A stretch of DNA of 64,000 bases from an uncultured Gammaproteobacteria bacterium (lineage in GTDB: Bacteria > Pseudomonadota > Gammaproteobacteria > UBA9214), in NCBI GenBank assembly GCA_963773065.1, contig CAVYZN010000006.1:1-64000 (forward strand). Direction: 5' to 3'. The translations under genes and the position numbers were made by a program. The first letter of the stretch is position 1; every line of letters starts with the position of its first letter. Of this stretch, positions 11,426-24,540 are shown one piece after another. The notes under the pieces were generated by a model, which did not search any database, was not told the DNA's origin, and saw only the letters and a list, made by a program, of their open reading frames with translations.

Positions 11426-12379
11426 TGCTCGCAGATCCACCGGGCGCAACGGTTGGCCTCGTCGAAGACCTGCTCCGGCCGGCGCAAGGGTGTACCGGCC
11501 TGCCAGTCGCTGAAGCGGGTCACCTGCCCCGCGACCGCCAGCCGCCGGATGCCCTCGACCACCCGGCTGGCGCCGCGCGCGGGCACTTCCAGAACACCCG
11601 TGGCAACCCCGGCGGTCAATGCCTCGTAGATCATGGACACGCTGTCTTCGCTCACCCAGGCGCACAGAGAGCGTCCCAGCTGCTCCGCGAGCCGGTGCCC
11701 TGAAGCATCCTCCCGCCACGGCATCAGCGTAACCTGCGTGTCGGCGGGCAACACCTGCTGCCTGACCCGACTGGCAAAACCGGCCGGTGTCCGCCGCGAC
11801 GTGGCCAGTATCCAGTCGCGCAGGGGTGAGCCGTGAAGTATACGGGCGATCTGCGCGGCCACCGCCTCGTGCCGCCAGGCATGATGTCTCGAGGGGCCGC
11901 CGACCAGGATCATCCCCTGTGCGTCGTTCCTGTCCCGTCTCCCGCTGCACCCGGTTCAGGCTGCCGCGGGTGACCAGGATATTCGGCGCCGGCTTCGGCC
12001 GGTCATGGTCGGGGATGAGGCAAAGATCGAACAGGGCCCGGGGCAGACCGGGCGACATGATGACGACGGCCTTGCCCCGGCGGGCGCGCCGCGCCGAGAG
12101 CAGCGGCAGGTGCGTGCGGCGACCCGCCCCCACCAGGAGCCAGGGATCGGGCAGCCGGGAACCCGCGGCGTAACGGCCGCCGATCAGGTCGCGCCAGTTC
12201 GCGGAATGTTCCGCTACCGGGACGGCATGGACATCCACCGCCAGGCGCCGGCCGAGCGCCTCGACCAGTCCGAGGCTCTGGTTGTCATGCCCCGGCTTGC
12301 CGTCGCTGAAACGCCACACCACCCGTGGCTGCCCGGGACGGCGGTACAGACTGACGTCCCCGGCGGGGGCCGTGATCAG
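11398..12379 (-). CDS. ELM1/GtrOC1 (DUF1022) family protein (frameshift ~11920)
   Basis: DGKPGHDNQSLGL, IPDHD, then LVGGPS, TSRRTP, WVSEDSVSMIYEALTAG, DEANRCA in ORF 11398-11913. Confidence 0.85.
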
Positions 12380-12594
12380 TCCTTCAGCGTGTAGTCGGCG
12401 CCGCAATAGGGACACTTGGCCTGTCCGGTCTGCTCGATGGCGAGATAAACCCGCGGATGCGAGTCCCACAGGCTCATGCCTTCCATCGGACAATGCAGCG
12501 GCAGATCGGCCCGGCTCACCGTGTAATGATTTTCGGCACTCGGCTCAATCAGCCGGTTCTCCCGCGCCGTGGCGGCGGTATTCGGATTCGGCAC
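12376..12594 (-). CDS. zf-CHCC zinc-finger protein
   Basis: LPLHCP..WDSHPRVYL..AKCPYCG. Confidence 0.88.
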   Translation of the reverse strand: MPNPNTAATARENRLIEPSAENHYTVSRADLPLHCPMEGMSLWDSHPRVYLAIEQTGQAKCPYCGADYTLKD

Positions 12595-12832
12595 GCAGGA
12601 CCCCCATAAATATAGTGACTGAACTGGAAAAGTTACGATGCTCGGTACACGGTGATGGGCGATTATAGCCCACCTCCCCGTATCCAAGGCAGTTCAACAG
12701 GCGCCACCGGGCGCCGGGACCAGAGGCTGTTTTTCAAGCCGGCTGTAGTACCATCAACCCCGTGACCAGCGACTCGATACCCGCCGCCCGCCGCGCCATC
12801 CCCGCCGTCGCGCGCACCGGAGCGCTGCCGCG

Positions 12833-14573
12833 ATGAACGGCAAGGATCTTTATCTGCGCCTGCTCGGGTATGTCCTTCCCTACCGGGGAATGTTCGCCCT
12901 GTCCCTGCTCGCCACCGTGGTCTTTGCCGCGACGGAGCCGGCCATGCCGGCCTTGATGAAACCGCTGCTGGATGAGACCTTCGTCGCCCGGGATACCTCG
13001 GCGATGATCCGGCTGCCGCTGTTGCTGCTCCTGCTGTTCCTGGTGCGGGGTGCGGCCGGCTTCACCGGCAACACGGGCATGCAGTGGGTGGCCACGCGGG
13101 TGGTGATGGATCTGCGCACGGCGATGTTCGACCGGCTGCTGACGCTGCCGGTTTACTACTTCGACAATCACTCCTCCGGCAACCTCATCGCCAGGCATAC
13201 CTTCCATGTGCAGCGTGTGATGGAGGCGGCGACCAGCGTGGTGGTGACGCTGATCAAGGACAGCCTGATCGTCATCGGGCTGCTGGCCTGGGCGATCTAC
13301 ATCAACTGGCAACTCTCGCTGATCCTACTCGCCATCATGCCGCCCACGGCCTGGGTGATCCGCCTCGTCAGCCGGCGCCTGAGAAAACTGAGCCGCTCCC
13401 TGCAGGACACGGTGGGCGAACTCACGCGCGTACTGCAGGAAACCTTCGGCAGCAGCCGCGAAATCAAGATTTTCGGCGGCGCCGACTACGAAAAGCACCG
13501 CTTTCGGGAATTCAACGACCGCATCCGCCGCTACCACGTGAAGGCTAGCCGCCGTCTCGGAGGCCAATGTCCCGCTCGTGCAACTGCTCACCGTCGCCGC
13601 GATGGCGCTGGTCATTTACCTTGCCGCCCTGCAATCGCAGGCCGGGGAGATCACCGTGGGCGAGTTCGTCTCGCTGATCGGCGCGCTCGCCCTGCTGTCC
13701 TCACCGATCAAGCGCCTGACCAAAATCAACGTCCAGTTGCAATCGGGGCTGGCCGCCGCGGAGAGCGTGTTTGCCCTCATCGACGAAGCCGCGGAACAGG
13801 ACGGCGGGAAAACACCGGTTGCGCGGGCGCGCGGCGACATCGAGTTTCACGACGTCGGCTTTACCCACAAGAACAGCCATGCGGCGGTGCTGCATGACAT
13901 CAATCTGCGACATCGCGCGCCGGAGAGACGGTCGCGCTGGTCGGCCCGTCCGGCGGCGGGAAGACCACGCTCGCCAGCCTGCTGCCGCGGTTCTATCTCC
14001 CGACCAGCGGCAGCATCCGGCTCGACGGCATCGATATCCAGGAGCTGCGGCTGGCTGACCTGCGGCGACAGATCGCCTATGTCGGACAGCACATCATGCT
14101 GTTCAACGACACCGTGGCGGCGAATATCGCCTACGGCGCCCAGGGCGGCGCGACCCGGGAAACCATCGCGGCGGCGGCCGATAAGGCCCATGTGCTTGAA
14201 TTCACCGGCAGGTTGCCGCAGGGCCTGGACACCCTGATCGGCGAGAACGGCATTCGCCTCTCGGCCGGGCAGCGCCAGCGCATCGCCATCGCGCGCGCGC
14301 TGATCAAGGACACGCCCATCCTGATTCTCGACGAGGCCACGTCCGCCCTGGACAGCGAATCCGAGAAGATCGTGCAGCTTGCGCTCGACGCCCTGCGCCG
14401 GGGCAGGACATCGCTGGTCATCGCGCACCGGCTCTCGACCATCGAGAACGCGGACCGTATCGTGGTGTTGCAGGGGGGACGCATCGCGGAGACCGGCACG
14501 CATGCGCAACTGCTGCGGTGCCAACGGCGTATATGCCCGCCTCTACCGCCTGCAAACCTCCCGGCGGCCGTGA
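12833..14573 (+). CDS. msbA: Lipid A flippase ABC transporter (several frameshifts)
   Basis: [10 protein letters not shown]-terminus, six-TM region, Walker [42 protein letters not shown]. Confidence 0.9.
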
Positions 14574-14594
14574 ATCATCCTGCGACGTTTACCA

Positions 14595-14770
14595 ATGGCC
14601 ACGGGAAAGTAAGAAGTGAGAAGTGAAGAGTGAGAAAACACGCTCAGCGGCGATTCAGTACATGAATCACCGCTGCAAGCGTGTTATTCTCACTTCTCAC
14701 TTTCACTTCTTACTTCTCACTCTCACTTCTCACTTCTCATTCTCACTTTTCCGTGTTCTTCCGTGGCCAT
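14595..14770. repeat. ATGGCCACGG-capped inverted heptamer element
   Basis: ATGGCCACGG + (GTRAGAA)n, internal hairpin, (TTCTCAC)n + CCGTGGCCAT between convergent msbA and ilvE. Confidence 0.85.
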
Positions 14771-14773
14771 GCC

Positions 14774-15694
14774 TCAGACCAGCGTCAGCCAGTCCTGGTG
14801 CCGGTCGAGACGGCCATGCACGAGATCAAAGTACAGCGATTGCAGGCGCTGCGTCAGCGGGCCGCGGCTGCCGTGGCCGATGGTGCGGTTATCGACCTCG
14901 CGGATCGGCGTCACCTCGGCGGCCGTACCGGTAAAGAACGCCTCATCGGCCAGATACACCTCATCGCGCGTGATGCGCTTCTCGCGCACCGCGAGCCCCT
15001 CTTCGCCGGCCAGCCGGATGATGGTGTCGCGCGTGATGCCCTCCAGGGCGGAGGTCATATCCGGCGTATAGAGCACGCCGTCGCGCACGATGAAGATGTT
15101 CTCGCCGCTGCCTTCCGCGACGAAGCCGTCCACGTCGAGCAGCATGGCCTCGTCATAGCCGCAGCTCAGGGCCTCGTTCAGGGCCAGCATGGAGTTCATG
15201 TAATTGCCGTTGGCCTTGGCCTTGCACATGGTGATGTTGACGTGATGGCGCGTAAATGAGGAGGTCTTGATGCGTATCCCCTTCTCCATGTTCTCCGCCC
15301 CCAGGTAGGCGCCCCATTCCCAGGCCGCCACGATGGCATGCACCTTGAGATTGTCGGCCCGCAGTCCCATGCCTTCCGCGCCATAAAAGAACAGGGGACG
15401 GATATAGGCCGATTGCAGGCCATTCTCCCTCACCACCGTCCGGTGCGCCGCGTTGATGGTCTCGGGATCGTAGGGCACCGCCATGCGGGTGATATGGGCC
15501 GAGCCGAACAGGCGGCGGGTATGCTGCTGCAGGCGGAAGATCGCCGTACCCTGGTCGGCCTTGTAGGCGCGCACCCCCTCGAACACCCCCATGCCGTAAT
15601 GCAGGGTATGCGTGAGCACATGCGTCTGCGCCTCGCGCCAGGGCACGAGTTTGCCGTCCATCCAGATGACACCGTCACGGTCAGCCATCGACAT
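14774..15694 (-). CDS. ilvE: Branched-chain amino acid aminotransferase
   Basis: LTHTLHYGMGVFEGVRAY, KAKANGNY, EGSGENIF, FFTGTAAEVTP. Confidence 0.96.
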   Translation of the reverse strand: MSMADRDGVIWMDGKLVPWREAQTHVLTHTLHYGMGVFEGVRAYKADQGTAIFRLQQHTRRLFGSAHITRMAVPYDPETINAAHRTVVRENGLQSAYIRPLFFYGAEGMGLRADNLKVHAIVAAWEWGAYLGAENMEKGIRIKTSSFTRHHVNITMCKAKANGNYMNSMLALNEALSCGYDEAMLLDVDGFVAEGSGENIFIVRDGVLYTPDMTSALEGITRDTIIRLAGEEGLAVREKRITRDEVYLADEAFFTGTAAEVTPIREVDNRTIGHGSRGPLTQRLQSLYFDLVHGRLDRHQDWLTLV

Positions 15695-15717
15695 GCTGCT
15701 GTCTCCTGAAAATCATA

Positions 15718-15866
15718 AAGTGAGAAGTGAGAAAGTAAGAAGTGAAATAGCGTGAGTAAAGGTAATTGATGACCCCTCTCGCCTTTCATCGATCACATCT
15801 CACTTCTTACTTCTTCACTTCTTACTTCTTACTTCTTACTTTTTACTTTTCACTTTTCACTTTCAC
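15718..15866. repeat. Inverted heptamer-array element
   Basis: GTGAGAA/GTAAGAA arm 15718-15765 and TTCTTAC/TTTTCAC arm 15793-15866; the latter contains the glnE stop. Confidence 0.85.
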
Positions 15867-18758
15867 AAGGTCCCAGATAGCGGTCCCAGATGCGCGCCAC
15901 GGCCTCCCGGTGCGAGACCAGCTCGTCATTTCCGACCACCGGGGGTTGTTCCTGCAACGCAAGGTGATTGATGCGGCGCCGGATTGCGAAGTAGGCGGCC
16001 GTCAACTGCGTGGCTTCCTCCCCGGAGATCAATCCGGCGCGGGAACATGTTTCCAGCAGCCTGAGGTTGTCGGTATACCTGAGCAGTTCCGGGTGTTCAC
16101 TGGACCAGAGCAAGACGCCCCATTGAACCATAAATTCAACATCAACGATACCGCCGCGGCCCTGCTTGAGATCAAACCGATGCGCATCGGACTTGTCGAG
16201 CTCATGGCGCATGCGCCGGCGCATCTCGCAGACTTCATGGCTCAGTTTCGCTGCTTCCCGCGGGCGGGCGAGCACCCCGGCGCGGATGCGTTCAAACTGG
16301 CGCGCGATATCCGCGTCACCGGCCACCACCCGGGCGCGCACCAGGGCCTGGTTTTCCCAGGTCCAGGCACTTCTGCGCTGGTAATCCGCGAATGCCTCCA
16401 GGCTGCTGACCAGCAGTCCGGAGGCCCCGTTCGGGCGCAGGCGCATGTCCACCTCGTAGAGGATGCCGGCCGAGGTGAAGGTATTCATGATGTGGATGAT
16501 GCGCTGGCTCAAGCGGGTGAAGAACTCGTTGTCGTGCAGCACCCGTGGCCCGGCGGTGTGCTGCTCGTCACCCCTGCTGTCATGCAGGAACACCAGGTCG
16601 AGATCCGAGCCGTAGCCAAGCTCGTAACCGCCCAGCTTGCCATAGCCAAGGATCGCGAAATGGGACTTTAGCCATTTGCCCTGCCACCGGTACCCGGGCG
16701 GGCCGTAACGGCGCACGAGATGGTCCCAAGCCAGCCGCAGTACCCGTTCCAGCACCACCTCCGCGATATCCGTGAGGTGATTGGCGATATCCGCCACCGG
16801 CCGCTGGGAAACGATGTCCGCGGCGGCCACGTGCAGCACGGCGGCCTGCTGGAACTGGCGCAGGCGGTCCATCTGCTGTTCCAGGTCATCGGCCGCGATG
16901 CCGGCGAGGCGTATGTCCAGCACCCCTTCGAGGCCCGCCTTGTCGAGCGGATCATAGAGGCTGCGAGTATCCAGCAGTTCATCCAGCAATATCGGATGCT
17001 GCGCGAGCTGGGAAGCCACCCAGGTGCTGCTGGAACACAAGCGCACCAGTTGGGAGAGTGCCTGGGGGTTCTCGACCAGGAGGGAAAGATAAGTCGTACG
17101 CCCGGCGATGGCTTCCAGGAGATCACCGATGCTTTTCAGGGCCTGCCCGGGATGCGACTGCGTGGCGGCCTCCTTCAGCAGCATGGGCATGAGCTGGTCG
17201 AGGCGCTGGCTCCCCTGCTCCCCGAGAAAACGCAATGCCGGTCCCTCGCGGAAACCATCCAGCCAGCGCAGGATCTCCGCGGCATCCTCGTAACCCGCCC
17301 GGGTCAGTACACCTGGCCGCCTCCTCCTCATCCAGATCGCGGGTCCAGACACCCGCCTGGTCCGGGGTCTTCATCCTGGTTCGCCGCCGTAACCCTCGCG
17401 GCGGGTGCGGCAAACACCTGCTCGAAGTGTCCCTGTACCGCGCGCCGGTGCCCGTCCAGCACACGCGCGAACGGCTCCCAGTCCGCGTAACCCATGGCGT
17501 AAGCCAGCCGCAACCTGCCGAGCTCGTCTTCGGGCAACTCATGCACCTGCTGATCGGCAAAGGCCTGCAGGCGGTTCTCCACGCGCCGCAGGAAGACCAT
17601 ACGCCTCGGCAAGCTGCGCGGTCACCGGCGCGGGCAGATAACCCAGCACCGCCAGGGCATCCAGCACGGCCAGGACACCGCGTTGTTGCAACAGCACCTG
17701 GCGCCCGCCGCGCACCAGCTGAAAGGCCTGCGCAATAAACTCGATCTCGCGGATGCCGCCGGGACCGAGCTTGATATCGTCGCTGCATCGCTTGCGCTCC
17801 ACCTCGCGCGCGATTTGCTCCTTCAGGTTGCGCAGCGACGCAAAGGCGCCGAAGTCGAGGTAACGCCGGTAACACAAAGGGCTTGAGCAGCGTCATGAGG
17901 TCGTTTGCGGCGCGTTGCGGACCGGCGACGGGCCGCGCCTTGATCATGGCATAGCGTTCCCACTCGCGCCCCTGCAATTGGTAATAATCGGCCATGGCGT
18001 CAAAACTGGCGACCAGCGGACCGCTGTCGCCGTAGGGGCGCAGCCGCATGTCGACACGAAACACGAAACCCCGCCCATCGGCATGATCAAGCACGTGGAT
18101 CAGTTGCCGCCCGACCCGCGTGTAGAATTCCTCCGCGCTGAGCACGCGATGCCGCCAGTGCGACTCCTCGTCCGGGTGGGCAAAAATCAGGTCGATGTCG
18201 GAGGAGAAATTGAGCTCTCCTGCCCCCAGCTTCCCCATCCCCAGCACGATCAGCGCGGGTGAGAATTTTTTATCCGGCCCGGCATACTGCCGCACGGCCC
18301 ACTGATTCAACCGCTCAAGTGCGCCGGCGATACAGGCATCGGCCAGCGCCGAGAGGTCGGCGAGTACCGCATCGAGACCGTCCCATCCGGCGAGGTCGCG
18401 CCAGGCAATGCGCACCATCTCGCGCCGGCGAAATTCACGCAAGGCGACACCCAGCGCCGTTTCCTCATCAACACCACGCATGGCCCGACCCAGCTTGCGC
18501 GCATAGTCACCGGCGGAGTAATCCGCCAGCAGGTCACCCGCTGGACAGCAGATCATGCAGCAGCGAGGGATCGCGGATACAGGCGCTGGAGACGAATTCG
18601 CTGCAGGCCCAGACCCGCCGCAGGCTGGCTGCAAAATCGGGATGCCGCGGCGGCGCCAGCCCTGCTTCCGTGGCAGCGGCGGCGTAGGATTCCCAGGCAT
18701 CGTTCAGCGGTTCCCGTAGCGCCGCCGGCAATTCGGTGTGGCGCCGATTGATGGCCAT
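15850..18758 (-). CDS. glnE: Glutamine synthetase adenylyltransferase/deadenylase (multiple frameshifts)
   Basis: Two NTase domains: GMGKLGAGELNFSSDIDLIF and GYGKLGGYELGYGSDLDLVF; VDMRLRP; DIKLGPGGIREIEF. Confidence 0.94.
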
Positions 18759-18870
18759 CGGCGTGTGTGCATGGCTGGGCATAGTGGCCGTTAAGGTAAA
18801 TCTCCTGCGTTGCCGACAGTTCGACGTCACCCGTGATTATATACAAGCCCAGGGGGACTTTATGGAACTA

Positions 18871-19015
18871 AATAGCCACAGGTCGCGTGAGGGCACGACT
18901 GCAGGGATGCACGACTACAGGGATGTAGGAGGTAGGGTAACGCAGGGAGCAGTTACCGAGGAGGTAGGGCAATGCAGGAGCAATTGCCGAGGAAGCCGGA
19001 AGCGACCTGGCTATT
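18871..19015. repeat. Three-layer nested hairpin repeat
   Basis: AATAGCCACAGGTCGC...GCGACCTGGCTATT enclosing a ~47-nt unit that itself encloses a 48-nt paralog. Confidence 0.82.
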
Positions 19016-19035
19016 CATTTTTTTTGTCTCACAGC

Positions 19036-19071
19036 AAAAAAGGCCCCGCCTTGGCAGGCGGGGCCTTTTTT
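19036..19071 (-). terminator. Rho-independent terminator of groESL (bidirectional form)
   Basis: AAAAAA GGCCCCGCC ttggca GGCGGGGCC TTTTTT just after the groEL stop. Confidence 0.88.
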
Positions 19072-19098
19072 ATTACTGCCTTAAGTCGTAAGACCGGC

Positions 19099-20752
<1,654 letters not shown>

Positions 20753-20781
20753 TCAGATTCTGTGATTACCAATCGCTGCGA

Positions 20782-21072
20782 TCAGCCGACGATGACGCCC
20801 ATGATGTCGTCTTCACGCATCACAAGCAGTTCCTGGCCATTGACCTTGACTTCGGTACCGGAGTACTTGCCGAACAGGACCTTGTCACCCACCTTCACAT
20901 CCAGCGGGATGAGATCACCATTATCGAGCCGCTTACCGTTACCAACCGCAATAACTTCTCCACGGATAGGCTTTTCTGCAGCGGAATCAGGAATCACGAT
21001 CCCACCCGGCGAGGTGGATTCTTCTTCCATGCGCTTCAGGACCACGCGATCATGCAAGGGACGTATGTTCAT
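20782..21072 (-). CDS. groES: Co-chaperonin GroES
   Basis: [37 protein letters not shown]. Confidence 0.97.
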   Translation of the reverse strand: MNIRPLHDRVVLKRMEEESTSPGGIVIPDSAAEKPIRGEVIAVGNGKRLDNGDLIPLDVKVGDKVLFGKYSGTEVKVNGQELLVMREDDIMGVIVG

Positions 21073-21134
21073 CTGGACTTCTCCTCAAGTCGTGCCTTTA
21101 CTCAATTTGGACCAAACATGACGAGCACGTATTG

Positions 21135-21161
21135 TTAGCACTCGTCTTTGGTGAGTGCCAA
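21135..21161. promoter_or_regulatory. CIRCE element (HrcA operator)
   Basis: TTAGCACTC-N9-GAGTGCCAA, one mismatch to the CIRCE consensus, 63 bp upstream of groES. Confidence 0.9.
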
Positions 21162-21187
21162 TATAGCAGCTAATGCCACACTGTCAA
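21160..21187 (-). promoter_or_regulatory. Sigma70-type groESL promoter
   Basis: TTGACA-16 bp-TATATT on the minus strand, abutting CIRCE. Confidence 0.7.
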
Positions 21188-21246
21188 GACAATCGTGGCG
21201 TAATTTCGCGGCCAGCGTCCAGTCAAGGCGCCCGCGAATGTTCCCC

Positions 21247-21699
21247 TCACTCGTCCTCGCGGTGGAATTCCCCCTCCAGCGTTCGTGGCCCCCGGCCGGA
21301 GGAAGGTCCGGTGGAGCCGGAGCTGGGAGATGGCGCTGACGGTAATATGCTGCATGGCCCATGATGCCAGCGCACGCCGCGAGGCGGGTATCAGGCAGAT
21401 GAAACCCGCCAGATCGGTGAGGAATCCGGGCGATGAGCAACAACAGGGCGCCGACCAGCAGGATCACCCCTTCCAGCAATTCAACGGCCGGGATCTCGCC
21501 GCGCGCGAGGGTCACTCTGCAGGCTCTGCAGGGTCGCATAACCCTGATGACGCGCCAGCGCGGCGCCTACGGCCGAGGTCAGGATAACCAGCAGAACCGT
21601 CGGCAAGGCGCCGATCCAGCCCCCGACGACGATCAGGAAATAGATTTCCGCCAGGGGGACACCCAGAAACAACAGGAACAACACCGGGAAAGGCGCCAT
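21247..21699 (-). CDS. fxsA: FxsA family membrane protein (frameshifted)
   Basis: LFLLFLGVPLAEIYFLIVVGGWIG..LVILTSAVG..RHQG; GEIPAVELLEG; canonical position between cutA and groES. Confidence 0.85.
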
Positions 21700-21748
21700 C
21701 GAGCGCACCATAACCGAATAGCGGCGAAAGGGGAAATTGCCACTACGG

Positions 21749-21875
21749 GTGAGAAGTGAGAAGTAAAGAAGTAAGAAGTAATGAAGTGATAAGTGAAATA
21801 CAGACTCGGAACATCGTAAACGTGTGCAGACTGTGGTCATTTTCTTCTCACTTCTTACTTCTTACTTTTCACTTT
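21749..21875. repeat. Inverted heptamer-array element
   Basis: GTGAGAA-type arm, ~45-nt spacer, TTCTCAC-type arm in the divergent fxsA/cutA intergenic region. Confidence 0.85.
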
Positions 21876-21904
21876 ATCCCCATCCGTCAGGTATATTCAC
21901 TGAC

Positions 21905-22225
21905 ATGACGAATGATCCGCAGATCGTCCTGTGCACCGTGCCGGATGAAGCCACGGCGCGGCTGATCGCCTCGGCACTGGTAGCGGAACAACTGGCCGCC
22001 TGCGTCAATATCGTCCCGGGCATCACGTCGGTTTATCGCTGGAAAGGCGCCATCGAAACCACGCGGAGTTGCTGTTGATCATCAAGACAACCGCGGCGGT
22101 TTATACCAGCGTCTGCAGAACAGGATCCGCGCCCTGCATCCCTACGAACTTCCCGAGGTCATTGCAGTCACAATTGATCACGGTTTGCCAGACTATCTCG
22201 CATGGATAAAAACTCACTCGAGTGA
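21905..22225 (+). CDS. cutA: Divalent-cation tolerance protein CutA (frameshifted)
   Basis: IVLCTVPDE..LAACVNIVPGITSVYRWKG and HPYELPEVIA in another frame. Confidence 0.9.
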
Positions 22226-24540
22226 AGCCCTGGAACACTCTGAAGCTGCTTGTCGCCCTGCTCGGACTGGTTACGCTCGCCGCCTTTGCGCTTGACTCGT
22301 TGAGCAGGATCTGTTGAAACCGGACCAGGCGTTTCGCTTCTCGGCCGGCATCGAGACCCTCCACGGTGCGGGTCACCTGGGATATCGCCGACGGTTACTA
22401 CCTGTACCGTGACCGCATACGTTTCAGCACCGATACTCCCGGGATTGAACTCGGCGAGGCCGCACTTCCCGCCGGCGAGATCAAGGATGACGAGTTCTTT
22501 GGCAGGCTCACGATATATCGCAAGCAGGCGGTGGTCACCATCCCCTTTACCCGATCGCCCGATGCGCCCGCGCATCCTGAGTCTATCCGCGGTTTCGCAG
22601 GGCTGCGCCGATATCGGCGTATGTTTCCCACCCCATACCCAGGTCGCGGAACTGGATCTGCCGCGCCGTCCTCCGCCGGTCGAACGGCGCCATCGACCGC
22701 ACTGGAAACGCTGGGCGACAAGCTTGGACTGGGCCGGCGGCGAGAAAATTTCTCGAACCGGATGAGGCCTTCCGGGTCAGCGTCACCGCCGAACAACCCG
22801 ACCTCCTGCTGGTCCGCTGGGACATCGCCGACGGCTATTACCTGTACCGTGACAAGCTCAAGGTCGCAGTTGGCCGAAGGCGGGAACGTCAGTCCTCGGT
22901 TCTCCGGTCCTGCCGCCCGGGGAGACGAAGCATGATGAGTTCTTCGGGGACGTGCAGATCTTCCATCAAGAAGCCGAAATGCGCGTGCCGCTGCAACGCA
23001 CCTCGCCAGTGATGCCGCGGACATCACCCTGCAGGTGACCTACCAGGGCTGCGCGGAAGCCGGCATCTGTTATCCCCCGATCAAGAAGACGCTGCCGGTT
23101 ACGCTGGCGGCCGTTGACGCGGACGGCGGCGCGCGGCGAGCGCAGCGCCTGCCGGGGGCGGGCAGAAGGCCGTCCGTGGCCCCGCCCTCAGCCTCCGGCG
23201 TCACTTCAAGGCAGGACGACATCGCGCGCGTCCTTCGGGAAGGCAGCGCGGGCTGGATCGTGCTGTTTTTCTTCGCCGCCGGCATGCTGCTCGCGTTCAC
23301 CGCCTGCATGTACCCGATGATACCGATACTCTCCAGCATCATCGTCGGCCAGGGGGCAGCATCACCACGGCCGGGGCCTTCTCGCTTTCCCTGGTTTATG
23401 TTGAAGCCATGGCGGCGACCTATGCCCTCATCGGCGTGATCTCCGCCCAGGTCGGCGCCGGGGTGCAGGCTTTTTTCCAGAACCCCTGGATACTCACCCT
23501 GTTCGCGCTGATCTTCGTGACGCTGGCGCTCTCCATGTTCGGATTCTTCAACCTGCATCTGCCCGCCTCCTGGCAGGCGAAACTCAGCAAGGCCAGCCAT
23601 CGCCAGAAGGGGCGGGACGCTGTTCGGGGTGGCGGTGATGGGCGTATTGTCGGCCCTGATCGTCGGCCCCTGCGCCGGACCGGTGCTGATCGGCGCCCTG
23701 CTCTATAGCAGCCAGACGGGCGATTACCTCACCGGGGCGCTCGCCATGTTCGCGCTGGGCAATGGCATGGGCGCCCCGCTGCTGGTCATCTGTACCTCGG
23801 GCGGCAAGCTGCTGCCGAAGGCCGGCGCCTGGATGGTAACCGTCAAGGCCGTCTTCGGGGTCGTGCTGCTGGGTGTCGCCATCCTGATGCTGGAGCGCAT
23901 CCTGCCCGGCCCCGTCACGCTCGTACTCTGGGCCCTGCTGCTGATCATCCCGGCCGTCTACATGGGCGCACTGGAGCAGCTCCCGGCCGGCGTATCCGGC
24001 TGGCGCCGCTTCTGGAAGGGTCTGGGTATCGCCATGCTCGTCTACGGCGTGGTCCTGATGCTGGGCGCCGCCACCGGCGCACGCGACCCGTTCAATCCGC
24101 TGCGCAACATCACCTCTGGCATCACCGCCGTGGACGGCGGGAAGCACGCATCGCAACACCTGCCCTTTCAGCGCATCAAGAGCATCGAGGATTTCAATAC
24201 CGCGTTGCAGGAAAGCGCCCGGCTGGGAAAACCGGTGATGCTGGATTTCTACGCCGACTGGTGCACGTACTGCATCAAGATGGAGGACTACACCTTCTCC
24301 GACGACCGGGTCCAAAAGGCGCTGGCCGGTTTGACGCTGCTGCAGGCGGATGTCACCGCCAATGACGCCACGGACCTTGCCCTGCTGAATTACTTCAAAC
24401 TGTTCGCGCCACCCGCCATCCTGTTCTTCGGGGCGGATGGCGGGGAACGGCCCGACTACCGCCTGGTCGGCTATCTCGGCGTGGATGAGTTCCTGGTGCA
24501 CCTGAAGGGCGCGCTGGGGGAAGTGAGAAGTGAGAAGTGA
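22222..24540 (+). CDS. dsbD: Protein-disulfide reductase DsbD with two N-terminal Ig-like domains (frameshifted)
   Basis: [12 protein letters not shown] and QGCA..CxPP each occur twice; [15 protein letters not shown]; LIVGPCAGP; C-terminal [10 protein letters not shown] thioredoxin domain. Confidence 0.9.

Noticed and set aside
10289-12493. Apparent 734-aa ELM1-GT4 fusion protein
   Set aside because: The ELM1 C-terminal half is in another frame (11398-11913) with its own stop; the fusion results from a frameshift near 11920.
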